Shown here: in pieces, positions 24,175-35,600 of the stretch
How the letters are laid out: the number at the start of each line of letters is the position of its first letter
How positions within the stretch are numbered: the stretch's first letter is position 1
Origin: Zygnema circumcarinatum SAG 698-1b
Taxonomy: Eukaryota > Plantae > Zygnematophyceae
Assembly (NCBI GenBank): GCA_037447605.1
Contig: CM074817.1
Span: 1,984,001 to 2,048,000 of the forward strand
Direction of reading: 5' to 3'
Length of the DNA: 64,000 bases
Notes under the pieces: generated by a model
The model's input: the letters and a program-made list of their open reading frames with translations, nothing else
The model's database searches: none
What the model was told of the DNA's origin: nothing
Position numbers and translations under genes: made by a program

Positions 24175-24870
24175 TCAATTACTGTTACTTTTTATGTTCG
24201 AATGAATGCCGGCATTTGACCCTCTGATCCCCCCCCCCCCCCCCNNNNNNNNNNCCCCCCCCCCCCCCCCTCCTCTCTCACACCTTAGACCTCTACTATT
24301 CATCTGCAATTTGAAGGGTTGCATGTAAGCCCGCGCACCTTTCATAGGGGGCGGAAGACAAAATCGGTCGGGAGGAGCGATGACCATTATGATCTCAGGA
24401 ACTCCCAAACGCCCAACGCCGGAGTGCTGTCCATAAATGGGCTCGTGCAGATTGAAGGATATATCGTTAGGTACAAATGGTATAGTGCTCGGAAAAGGAA
24501 CATCTTCACTATTTTCAGAATTTGAAGTTTCGTCTGCGGGATATGTCATCTCTTGCAGCCAGACTTCTGTAAGTTCACAGTGGCCAAAATGTACATTGAA
24601 AGGAGGCATCCTGAAGAGCCTCATCAAATCCCAACTTGCCGGCTTTCTGCTGTTCAACATTTTCAGATGGCCCTCCGGGAACGCCGTATTTCCTGGCTTA
24701 AACACAGGCCGTAGTTTATTTCTTGGATGCAGGTAATAGGGAATCAGAATGTAGTCATAATGTGGAGAAGGTCTGCCATTGCACGCCTCCTCAACTTTCT
24801 GAGAGTTTCCGCGCGATTCCTCGTCTGGGTTTTCGCCCCCTGCAACTATATGATCCGTATCCACAGCCAT
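24175..24870 (-). CDS. Uncharacterised ORF (~200 aa of non-repetitive sequence); true 3' end uncertain (N-gap, possible splice)
   Basis: A long open frame with protein-like composition (YDYILIPYYLHP..., HFGHCELTEVWLQEMTY). No family recognised. Confidence 0.45.
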   Translation of the reverse strand: MAVDTDHIVAGGENPDEESRGNSQKVEEACNGRPSPHYDYILIPYYLHPRNKLRPVFKPGNTAFPEGHLKMLNSRKPASWDLMRLFRMPPFNVHFGHCELTEVWLQEMTYPADETSNSENSEDVPFPSTIPFVPNDISFNLHEPIYGQHSGVGRLGVPEIIMVIAPPDRFCLPPPMKGARAYMQPFKLQMNSRGLRCERGGGGGGXXXXGGGGGIRGSNAGIHSNIKSNSN

Positions 24871-25260
24871 TCTAGAAAATCAATTCTGTAGGTCAGGAAA
24901 TCAGTTGTCCCGACTACTCTGAAAATACCCCTCTACTCTGCTTTTATCGTCTCTCCTCTCCTCCAATTGGCCCCTCAATAAGTCTGCTAGAAGGAAAGTC
25001 GAATTGCCTTCTCCACCTACTTTCCTGTTCCGTTTTCCTAATACTACATAAAAAACATTCAAATTGGAACCCCTTCTCCTCACACGTTCAGTACGAGGAG
25101 GATACCAACCACACTCTTGTGAATTGTCAACAAAAGCCTCCTGAATTCGCAATCAACACCTCAAAATATCGCCATTGTTTCTCCACACAACTCTAAACAA
25201 AGGTCAACATTCTACACCTCACTCTCCCCTCCCCTCGCTCCTCTCCTACCCTCCCCCCCT

Positions 25261-25614
25261 TCACTTCTTGTCGGACGCCTTCCCCCCTCCTTCCCCCGTA
25301 GTCGACGACTCCGCCTCGTCTCCTTCCTTCACAGGCGCCTTCCCCTCCCCACCATCTCCCCCCTCTGTCCCCTCCTCCTTTCCCTCCCCCTCTCCCGTTC
25401 CTCCTCCCTCTCCCCCTGCCGCTCCCTCTCTCTCTAACCCTCCCTGCCCCTCTCCGTCTCCCTCCCCTCTCCCCTTCCCCGCGTCCCTCTCCCTCGCCTC
25501 CCTCTCCTTGAGCGCCGCGTAGTACTGTTCCGGCACCGGCCAGCCGTAGGAGGTGACGGTGAGCGCCGCCACGAGGAAGGCGAGCACAACCAGTACGGTC
25601 AGTGCCTCCGCCAT
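25261..25614 (-). CDS. Small secreted Gly/Glu-rich hydrophilic protein (117 aa)
   Basis: Start context gccATGG, hydrophobic signal-like N-terminus MAEALTVLVVLAFLVAALTVTSYG, a TATAA ~75 bp upstream and an ACGT-rich promoter at 25770-26040. Confidence 0.6.
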   Translation of the reverse strand: MAEALTVLVVLAFLVAALTVTSYGWPVPEQYYAALKEREARERDAGKGRGEGDGEGQGGLEREGAAGGEGGGTGEGEGKEEGTEGGDGGEGKAPVKEGDEAESSTTGEGGGKASDKK

Positions 25615-25769
25615 GGCAGCATCCCCCGCACGTGCGGCGCCCCTTCCCCTTGTCAGAGAAAATCAAAAACCACTGTCCTCGGGTCGACCTTATAAAGCGG
25701 TCGCCGTAACCCGTTCCGTGTACACAGTTAGACTGAACTAGCGTGGGATTCAACAGTTCTATGTGGGGA

Positions 25770-26040
25770 ACCAACGTTTACATGTTCGGGGTCAAGACGT
25801 GGCAGGTTTTTCCCGTACAGTTACTTGACGTGGCAGAATTTGGAAGCGCTAAAATGTCGGTGGCCATGCAGCGGCACGTGCTGGAGACTGCCACGTGTGA
25901 GTCGTTGACACGTTTGCACGATTGAGACGGCGCCACGTTGCGGTTATCGCTGGATCTGGTCGGCACGCGTGTGGAAATCGACCGTGGGGGCGCCACGTGG
26001 GCAGAAGCTATCCGCGGGCAGCGTACGAACAAGACGTGGC
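25770..26040 (-). promoter_or_regulatory. Dense ACGT-core (ABRE/G-box) cluster upstream of the 25614 ORF
   Basis: At least eight ACGT cores in ~270 bp, several as GACGTGGC or GCCACGTG. Confidence 0.5.
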
Positions 26041-26101
26041 CGCCTCTCCGCCGCGGCGCTTCCCGGAGTGTACGAACGTACGGCCATACTAAAATATGGT
26101 A

Positions 26102-27602
26102 CAGTAGAACCCCCTAATATTTTCGCCATGGTTTCAGCAAATATGGGGGCGAAAATCTTGGAATTTGCAATATATGGGATTCCGTGTTAACAAGAGGGCA
26201 GTATGATGTTAGAGTCCGGCCTACGGCCGTACTGTTTCCCTCTGTACGGAATCGCATGGCCGCCCGACGAGCTCTATTGGTGCCGTACATTTACCTACAC
26301 GAGTTCCTATTGGTGCCGTACTTTACCGTACGATTTAGAGATGTTTACCGTACTTACCGTACAGCGGAATAGCGTGACCCATGTTTGAAATTTGTTGTGT
26401 TCAACAGATGTTGTATTGTAAATTAGGTCAGGTTAGGTTAACACCCCTAATATATTAACACAGACTTACCGTACAAAAAGTGGTTTTGGCAAAATCGGGG
26501 CGAATTTCTTGGGGATGCACTGTACAGGGTGGAAAATATTGGAAAATGATACAGCGGCCCCACTTTTTGGATATCGGCGCCCCCTTTTGGGAAAAAATGT
26601 ACTTTTTTTGGCTAATCAGCCCCCCCCTTGGATCTTTCGGGAGGAGAGATCTTGTAGACAATCGGACCCCGCGCCTCGCGCGCAGGATCCGACCGTGCAC
26701 CGACGTACGGCGCCGCGCATCGCGGCGTGGCCCGCGAGATGCGGCGAGCCTACGGAAAAGTTGTCCTCACCTGACCCGTTTGGGTCAGAGGTTGCCACGT
26801 GGCAGTCTGCCACTGACAGCCCTGCTGCCGGTCTCCCATGCCGATACAGTGGACCCCCATAATATTTTCCACCTTGTACAGTGCGTCCCCAAGAAATTCG
26901 CCCCGATTTTGCCGAAACCACCTTTTTGTACGGTAACTCAATGTTAACGTATTAGGGGTGTTAACCTAACCTGACCTATTCCCCAATACAAAATCTGTTA
27001 ATCGAAACGGATTTCAAACATGGGTCACGCTTTTACGCTGTACGGTAAGTACGAATAAAATCTCTAAGTCATACGGTATACGTACGAAACCAATAGGAGC
27101 TCGTGTATCTAAATCACAATACGATACGATACGATACATACGAACAGACATGAACTCTAACATAATACCGCTCGCCTATTGGTAACACGGACTATATATT
27201 TTCAAATTACAATATTTTCGCCCAGTATTTGCCGAAACCATGGCGAAAATATTATGGGGGTCCACTGTATCGGCATGGGGGACCGGCAACAGGGCTGTCC
27301 AATGGCAGATTGCCACGTGGCAACCTCTGACCCAAACGGGTCAGGTGAGGACAACTTTTCCGTAGGCTCGCCGCATCTCGCGGGCCACGCCGCGATGCGC
27401 GGCGCCGTACGTCGGTGCACGGTCGGATCCTGCGCGCGAGGCGCGGGGTCCGATTGTCTACAAGATCTCTGCTCCCGAAAGATCCAAGGGGGGGGGGGTG
27501 ATTAGCCAAAAAAAAAAGTACATTTTTTCCCAAAAGGGGGCGCCGATATCCAAAAAGTGGGGCCGCTGTATCATTTTCCAAAATATTAGGGGGGGTCTAC
27601 TG
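26102..27602. mobile_element. Composite non-autonomous Tc1/mariner (pogo-like) MITE/foldback element with a nested copy at 26847-27267
   Basis: Outer TIRs CAGTAGA(A/C)CCCCCTAATATTTT are flanked by TA (26100-01, 27603-04). Inner TIRs CAGTGGACCCCCATAATATTTTC are flanked by TA. It has long internal inverted arms and no transposase. CAGT termini with TA target sites are characteristic of pogo/Emigrant-type elements. Confidence 0.85.
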
Positions 27603-27604
27603 TA

Positions 27605-28126
27605 CGAGATATAAGTACGGATATGTAGGGTGATGTCAGCGGTACGGCATTTGGAACTGGAAAAAGGTACTTTCAGAATGAGGCATGTACGATGGGACGG
27701 ACTCGTTGACGTCATCCGTACGGCGATAGGAAGTGTAGGGAACTTGAAGCGAGAGTTGGAGCTTTTCTTTGGACCTTGGGGCGGTTCCACTTGCGGGCGG
27801 TCTGATTCTGGTCTGCCAGGCTGTCCTGATGCAGTGCGTGGGTTGGCACGGCCTTGCGAGACCAATGCCAATTCATTTTGGGAGGATGTGGCAGGGATCT
27901 CACGAATGGCAATGATGCCATCAGATGTTACATGAACAAAAGCAGCCTCATGGGAAACCACGAGGAACTGGCCAAAAAGAAAAAGAGACAGCATCGAGCC
28001 ATCTCCAACATAGAGCATGAAGGCACTGAGGGCTGAGCACTTAGAGCCATAGACTGCCAGCACTCTAGTCAGCTAAGATTTGGCTAAAGCTACGGCTAAC
28101 AAGGAAACCTGCGCTCCTCCGGCCAT
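27605..28126 (-). CDS. Possible two-exon orphan gene (MAGGAQ / FLVVSHEAAFVHVTSDGIIAIREIP...) whose frame runs into the MITE
   Basis: gccATGG at 28126, a CAG|gtttcc donor, a pyrimidine-rich acceptor before 27967 and an open frame up to the MITE target TA. No homology recognised. Confidence 0.3.
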
Positions 28127-28282
28127 GGCTGCGGCCCCTCCTCCTCCAACTCCTCTATCACTCGCCACGTGGCGCTGACAAGACGCCCACTCCTTTGCCC
28201 TATGTCCTGCCACGTGTCGCATGTCCCTGCGCCGAATTTTCGGCCCTTTTTTTAGGGTTTGAACTTTTCTCGTCTTTCTGAA

Positions 28283-31067
28283 ATGTTTCGAGTGTCTACA
28301 TTTTCCGGGGTTTCTATGGAATCGAGGAGTTTGACAGGCTTATGTGATAGTGGTTTTAGGACTTGTAGGGCTTTGAAGACATTTAGGGTTTGTGTGAGAG
28401 CGGGAGGGAGAGAGTATCGGCGAGTGGGAGACTCGGACCTGCTTGTCTCCCCCCTTAGTTTTGGCACCATGACTTTCGGCGAGGGCACCAGGTGAGGGAA
28501 ACCCTAATTTCTGAACCCTAACCCCTTCTCCCTGTTTCTTAACTCTGAACCCTGAATTGCTAACCCGGAACTTCAACCTTAAAGCCTGAACCCTGAACCA
28601 TATGCCGGGAGCCCTACAGCCTAAAGCCCGGAGTCCTGGACACTTAATCCTTGCATTAGCCTAAATCTCCAATACTTGAACTTCCAACATTTCCGAACGT
28701 ACAAAATTTTCGAATTTCACAGTTCTATTTCACTCGGAAGCTTAAAAACCCAAATTATGCGGACGCCCTAAACTCAGAAGGTCGAAGTATCCTACTGCTG
28801 TCTCTCCACACTTCTCCCCTCTCTCGCCTTTTCTCTCTCTCCCTACACCTATCCTCCCCCTCCCTCTTTTTCTGCCTCATCTCTCTCACCCACTCTCTTT
28901 TATGTTCCTCCACCCCACCTCGCTCTCTCCCTCCCTTTGTCTTTCTCCCCCGGCCACTCCCCTCTCTCTCTCCCTTTCTCTCTGCCCCTCCGCCACTCCC
29001 CTCTCGCTTCCTCCCTCACTCTCTCTCTCTCTTCCCAACGCCCGCCTCCCTCTCCTCCCCCCGCCACTCCCCTTTTCGCAGCTATTCTGAAGCCTGCGGC
29101 CTTCTCAGCCGAGCAGCGGATGCTGGCATCAATCTTTTTGATTCTGCAGAAATGTATCCGGTTCCACAACGTGCAGAAACTCAAGTAAGGTCCTCGTTTT
29201 ATTCGTTCGTTTCGTTCTATTTTGTTTCTCCTTTGTGCCATTTTTGCTATTATTTTGTATTGATCGAATGAAGATGACTGCATGCTCACGGCTTCAAGCA
29301 ACAGGCGAAGGCTAAGGTTAACTCTTCGCCTATTAGGCCACTAACAAACCGGAAACCGCATTTAACTTCAAAAAGACGGCAAACATAATGCTTTTGCATC
29401 ACCATCGCGAGAAAAATGCCAATTCCTCTCATTTGCAACCTATTGATAATTTTTCTTAAAGATTCGAGGAATTTCAGAATCCTCTGAATACCTCAAGATT
29501 TGACACCGCAAAAATATTAAATTTGAGGGCCATGTTTGAGGATGCAGGGTCGTTCTGAAGAATATTTGGGACGTTGGCTTCGAAGTTGTAAAGTCCCCCG
29601 TGATCGACTTGTGATCGCGACAAAGGTGTGGAGAGACGTGCCCTAACTTAGTCTTCAGTTTTCAGTACTTTACTAAACTAATATCTGACTTGACGATGTG
29701 CTTATAACCGTGTCTTTCTGCTCGCCTCACACCTCAGCGAGCACGATTGTTCCACTACTCTCCCTTACACTTGAAACCCTCAGCTGTAGAAACCCTTCGG
29801 AAACCCTAAATTACTCAATGACATTCTGAAACCCTGAAACGCCGGCGAACTTTGAAAACCCTAAATGACCATGAAGGTGAAAATCGAGTGCACTTTGTGA
29901 CGTGACAGAGGGAGGAAGGTGGCTGGGCCCTCAGGGGAGATGACGTGGCTTCGTGGCGGCCCGCCAGCTGTCGACGCAGCAAACATCACAGCTGCCATCG
30001 ATGGCAGTTTGAAGCGGCTGAGCGTTGACTTTGTTGACCTCTATCAGATCCACTGGCCCGACCGGTACGTGCCTATGTTCGGAGAGGTGGACTACGACTG
30101 CAGGCGGATCTATGCTTCAGTTCCGTTAGAGGAGCAGTTGGAGGCGCTCTCGAAAGCGGTGGAGAAGGGTGAGGGGGCGCCACTCTCTTTGAGAACTGCT
30201 TTTCGGAATGAAGAGGGAATAGGTTTACCAGGGGCTGTTTGGTTGATACTCTTTTCGGGATTCTGGATTGTTTAGGGTGTGATCAGAGGGTATTGGGGGG
30301 TGGAGATTTGAGTTGATTGCCAAAAGGAATTGTTCACTCAGAGGGGAGTTGCTTTAAGGCATTGTTTTTGGGTGACTTTTTTTAGCTGGGGGGGAAAGAA
30401 AGGAGAGAGAAAGTGGTGTAGGGGTAGGGAGAGAGAGGGAGCGAGAGAGAGAGAAGAGAGATGGCTGGTAAATTGGACTATGACAGTGAGTCCATGCATG
30501 CATGTGGCAGGCAAGGTCCGATACATCGGTGTGAGCAATGAGACTCCATGGGGCCTAATGGAGCTCTGCCACCTGGCAGCAGCCTCTTCTCATCTGAAGA
30601 AGATCGTTTCGATACAAAACGCATATTCCCTGTTGTGCCGTACATTTGACCATGGCTTAACGGAATGTTGCCATAGAAATACCGTGAGCTTGCTCGCATA
30701 TAGCCCCCTGGCTATGGGCCTGCTCACTGGAAAGTATTACCACCCGGGAGGGGGAGGGAGGTCTGCTCGATTGAACAAGTATCGGGGGAGGTATGCGGAG
30801 GCAGAAGGGCGGTATCCAATACATAACTTTAGGGTTCAGGGAGCCGTACAGGAGTATGTGAGAATAGCGCAGAAGTATGGCATGAAGCCGAGCTCCTTAG
30901 CTCTCAGTTTTGTGATGAGGCATCCATTGGCAGCAAGCGCTATTGTTGGGGCTACGGACGTAGGGCAGCTGGAGGAGCTTCTAGAAGCTTTGGAAGTGGA
31001 CCTGGGGGAGGAGGCTATGGCGGACATAGAGGAGGTGCATGGGCGATATCCCAACCCGACGCCATGA
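28283..31067 (+). CDS. Aldo-keto reductase, tas-like, with probable organellar transit peptide
   Basis: The exons encode GDSDLLVSPLSFGTMTFGE, GINLFDSAEMYPVPQRAETQ, GRSEEYLGRW...IATK, DLYQIHWPDRYVPMFG, GKVRYIGVSNETPWG and SLLAYSPLAMGLLTGKY. Confidence 0.93.
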
Positions 31068-32676
31068 CTATGATGAGGATGATGATTATGATGATGATGC
31101 ATGGGAGGGGGCAGGATAGATGGTAAAACCCTAAAGCTTAATGCTAAAGTTCTTAAACCCTAAAATCGCTTGTTTGATCGTCTTCGTTGACATGGTGAGG
31201 AATTTGGGCTGCTGAATTTTCGCTGATTGCTGCTTGCTGTTGCCGATCAGCTGAAACCACGAGGAGGTTTGGGGTTCCATGGACAGTTTAATAGTCGTAA
31301 CACCGTAGCATGGGAAGGATGCCAGTTCCGTTTAACTGGCAGTTCCACATGGAACCCGATGATGTAGCGTACCGTACAACAGTTTTCGAAATCGACAAAA
31401 TTAGAATCCCGTTTTTGGGAAGTGGCGTACGGACAAAACCTTAGATTCACAGAACAGGCGTCCGAGATTCCCGCTCGTGCGAGGAAGTGGCAACGCAGAA
31501 AAGGGAATATTCTCCCTCCATCAGTCAGGTCGTGCCACGTGGCGACTGTCCCAGGTCTTCGGCGCAGATGTTTTCAGATTCCGCCGGAATCCATTGCGCT
31601 GCCCGGCGGCCGCCTCCAATCGGGGCTGCGCTTCTCCTGCCCGAAAAAAGTTCGATTTTTTTTTGAAAGCTCTGACCATACATTGCTCGTACAAATCCTT
31701 TCGCTACTGTACAGACGAAACACCCATACTGTTGGGCCAACTTTGTTATTAAAATATACATTTGCAATGAACATTTTCTGCGCTGCCCGATAAACACGTG
31801 AAGAAAAAACAATTTCAGGCTGCCCGACCAGCGCGCTCGCGACGTGTGGCGCGGCTGTTGCCGAGCCGGCGCAAGAGATATGGCAGGGACACGTGGCACC
31901 CACGGGTGGCTCCTGGCCGCCAGGGCCAAATCTGGCCGCAGCTCGCGTGGCCACGTGTTATTGGAGTGATCCTGGCCGTCCGATGTCCATCTCGATCCTG
32001 CCGCCCGGCGGCCCCGTCCTGTCGCCCTCCCGTGGGAGGCAGAGGGCGGGGGGGGGATAGGGTTCGCAGGATTTTGGAACAGAAGAGAGGAGGAAGAGAG
32101 TGAGGAGAGGAGGCTTGGAAGGGATTGAAGAAGTTGGGGCATTTCTGGCGCTTGTGGAGGGTTTTGGGTGATCCAGGGTTTTGGAACTCGGTGGGTTTGG
32201 AGAGAGGTAGGGTTTTGGATCCGCCTGGTTTGGAGGAGTGTTCGAGAAGGCGGAAGAGGGAATTCGAATTGTTTAGGCAATAACAATTCACTTTTTTTCA
32301 TTGCTGAATTTTGGCCAATTTCTTATTCCTCAGACTCTTCGGCTTTTCTTGACCGAGATTTGGCACATTTTTTACGGGAAATTGATGAGTTCTGCACAGC
32401 AGGGAAGCAGGCAGACAGAGAATTTAAGCACGTGAATTGCGCGTTTTCTGAGTGGAGGAGGTCTCTCTGTCAAGGTAGTACCAGCATTAATGCTGTGAGA
32501 GAATCTGGAATTTGAAACTCTGAATTCCCCGAGAGCCTGAAGCGCCTTGCTCCACTCCCTGTCCACCCAGCGTCAATGGCGGCCATTCATGCAAGTTTGT
32601 GATATCTCTCCAATTCTTGAACGAGCTACGAGTGTTTCTTCTTCTTTTAGAGGAGAGTATTCACCACATTCTGCAT

Positions 32677-35600
32677 ATGGCGGCAGCAGAGCTGCAAGGA
32701 GGACTCCTGAGCTCTTTGGATGCCAGAAGATTTGCTCCTCCTTCATGTTCGCCGACCTCTCCTTCCTCCTCTACTCCGATTTCGAGCAGGTTCAATTCTG
32801 GTCTGGATGTGAGAGCTTTCTGCAGACGAACAGTGAACAGAACATCTGAGCAGAGCAGCATCAGCATTTCAGCACAAACGTTGCATGTAAGTCGCTGCGT
32901 CTCCTAGCAATTTGCAATTCTCCTGTTTTGGCAGCCCATGTTGAAGTATGTCTGTCAAATTGCTGAAATTTGATTCTCAATCTTTTCCATCTTTTTCTGT
33001 GTTTCTCACGTGGACTTGAAAAATCGTTTGTGAATTTGAACATTGAGTGTCAAGCTGTGTTATCTACTGAATAGTTTTCACATTCTGGATGTTTATTATT
33101 ACCTCACTTGATCCAAAATTTACGTTTGGAAGTTACCAGAATGAATTTGTGGGCTGTCTGAAGTGGCATCTGAAAGGGTATCTTGTTGGCTTTCCTTGCT
33201 AACAACCTTAGAATGGACATTTTCTTACGTCCTTGGGAAAGAATGTGATGGTTCTCTTTGTGAACATAAATTGTACAGCTATCAATTGATTCACCAATGA
33301 GCAGTGAGTTTGATTTGGCATTGAAAAGAATGCTGGGAACAGGATTTCGTCTATCATATGCAAGTAAGAAGTACCTGTTTGAATCGTTTCCATGTTACTT
33401 CCATAATGCAGGGAGACTTTCTTGGAAAATTGAACACATTTCGAAAAATCGCCCATGGAGATTCAAAGAAAGTGATGATGTCACCTTCCCTCAGACGAGG
33501 AGAATCTGGGGACGTCGGCCGTGCTTACTGTTCTGCGGGACTGGGAAGTGGAGAGAACGGAGCGGTGAATGGATCTGGCTTCCCTGGAGAATGGGGATTT
33601 CTTCCACAGGAGCTGAGCAATGGAGCAGCTGCGGGGTGGATAGATGCGACAGTGAAGTGGCATAGACTTCGAGCAAGTGAGAAGAATAATGTAGCCACCG
33701 TATCTGGAGCAAAACTAAGCAAACGGGGAGATGAAAAGTACATATTAGAAGGGATGTCAAGCAGGGAGGATAATGGAGCTCTTCTTGCAGGCAGCGAGGA
33801 GAACAAGCAGTATGCAAATGGAGCATCGATGCATTATTCGAATGAATCTTTCCAAAATGGTGGGCAGAGAGCAGAGTATGAGAGGTGGGAAGCAGACAGC
33901 TCGGAGTGCTCTGTGCAGGGAAATGGTGAGTTCATCAATCAGAAATCAAGCATTGCTTTCTCTTTTGCTTTCTTGCAGTATCCCTGTTAGCTTTCTTGTG
34001 ATAGTTAGTGTTTCCTTACAGAGAGGCGGTGGATTCCAGCAGGTCGATCCTTGTTATTTGTGGCTTGAAAAGGATGTCATCATGTTTCCTGCTGCCCCAG
34101 TACAGGCATCGGAAACACTGAGTTGACCCATCATCAACGTGCTGATTCAGTAGTAGTTAGGGGCCAATTGTCTGTCTTTCATTCTCAAACTTTTCATTGC
34201 ATGCATCCTGATCTTTTCCATGACCTCTGGCTTGATGCCATGGTTATCATAACCCGAAACAAGCGTCATGTGTCTCTTTCTGAGTGGATATTTTCTTTGT
34301 TTGCAGAGCACAAAATGTTGGCTGCCGTGGATATGGGGACGAACTCCTTTCATATGGTGGTGGTCCGGGCGGATTCTCAGGGCCGTTTTCAGATAGAAGA
34401 TGTGGAAAAGGAAGACGTGAGGCTAGGGAGTGGCAGGTAAGACCCATATCGAGGTGGTGGAGGATAGAGGGTAACTGTGAGAGGAGACGGTAGAGGGAAT
34501 GCCCACAGATCTAGTGTATCGGGCAGATGAATTTGCTTCGCGTCATGATTGTTCAGTGAAGAAGTAGAGATTACTGAGTCTGGGAACACTATTAGTCAGG
34601 TAATCATGGTTGTGTAATGGTCCCGCACCATCTATTTTCATTCCAAGAGTTTAAGAAGATGTGTATGGCTGACTCCTTCTGAGATGGGGCTGAATTGCAG
34701 TTCGGGGTTCAGCATCATAACGCCTGAGGCAGAAGAAAGGGCCCTGGCAGCACTCAAACGGTTGAAGAAAATTGCCGCAAATCGAAGAGCAAGCATGCGA
34801 GTGGTAGCAACTTCGGCTGTACGTGAGGCAAGAAACAAACGGTAAGCAGTAGAAACGTAAAGCAAGACCGTTTTCTTCTTTAATATCTGTGAATCGTCAC
34901 GTCTGTTCTATCACAGCTCATTGGCTTGTTTACAGAAAACCAATCTCAAACAAGGAAGTTGCCGCAGATCGCATTGACTGAGGGCTTCTCATTTCATGCG
35001 TACCATTTTCATGATTATCTTCACTTCAATCTGATCAGTTGCACCCTTCGATGTCGTTGACTTTGTCTGCAGGGCTTTCACACGTAAGATATATGAAACG
35101 ACAGGGTTGGAAGTTGAAGTGCTGACTGGGAGAGAGGAAGCCTGTTTGATCTATGCCGGTGTATTGCAAGCGCTCCCAGTTTTTAACAAGACTGTTCTCA
35201 CTGTGGATATTGGAGGAGGTTCTACTGAGTTTGTTGTTGGCCGATATGGAAAGCCTCTCTTTGCCACATCACTCAAACTCGGTCACATTCGTCTCACAGA
35301 ACGTTTTGTGGGTATGTTCGTGATACACCCTTTGCTTGGAGTGTCAGCACATCTTTTGCAGACAATGCTGTGCGTGTCAAAACCTTTCATGGTTATGTGA
35401 TGTGTCAATGATTGCAAAGGATACAGAGGGCGAGGGAGGGAGGGAGGGAGAGGGAGAGTAACTAGAGAGAGGGAAAGAGAAAAGGAGAGGAGGCTTGCGG
35501 ATGATTCGCCTGATGGGGATTTTCACTCAGCATCCAGATTTATGTTGATGCTAAATCTAATGAAGGATTCAGCCTGCACATGCAAGCAGTTGGCTGTGAA

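Noticed and set aside
26455-27581. ORFs within the MITE as a possible transposase
   Set aside because: Short, duplicated by the inverted arms, with no DDE or HTH motifs.
31690-31715. Isolated CAGTAG-type terminus (tcctttcgctactgta)
   Set aside because: No matching partner TIR was found nearby.
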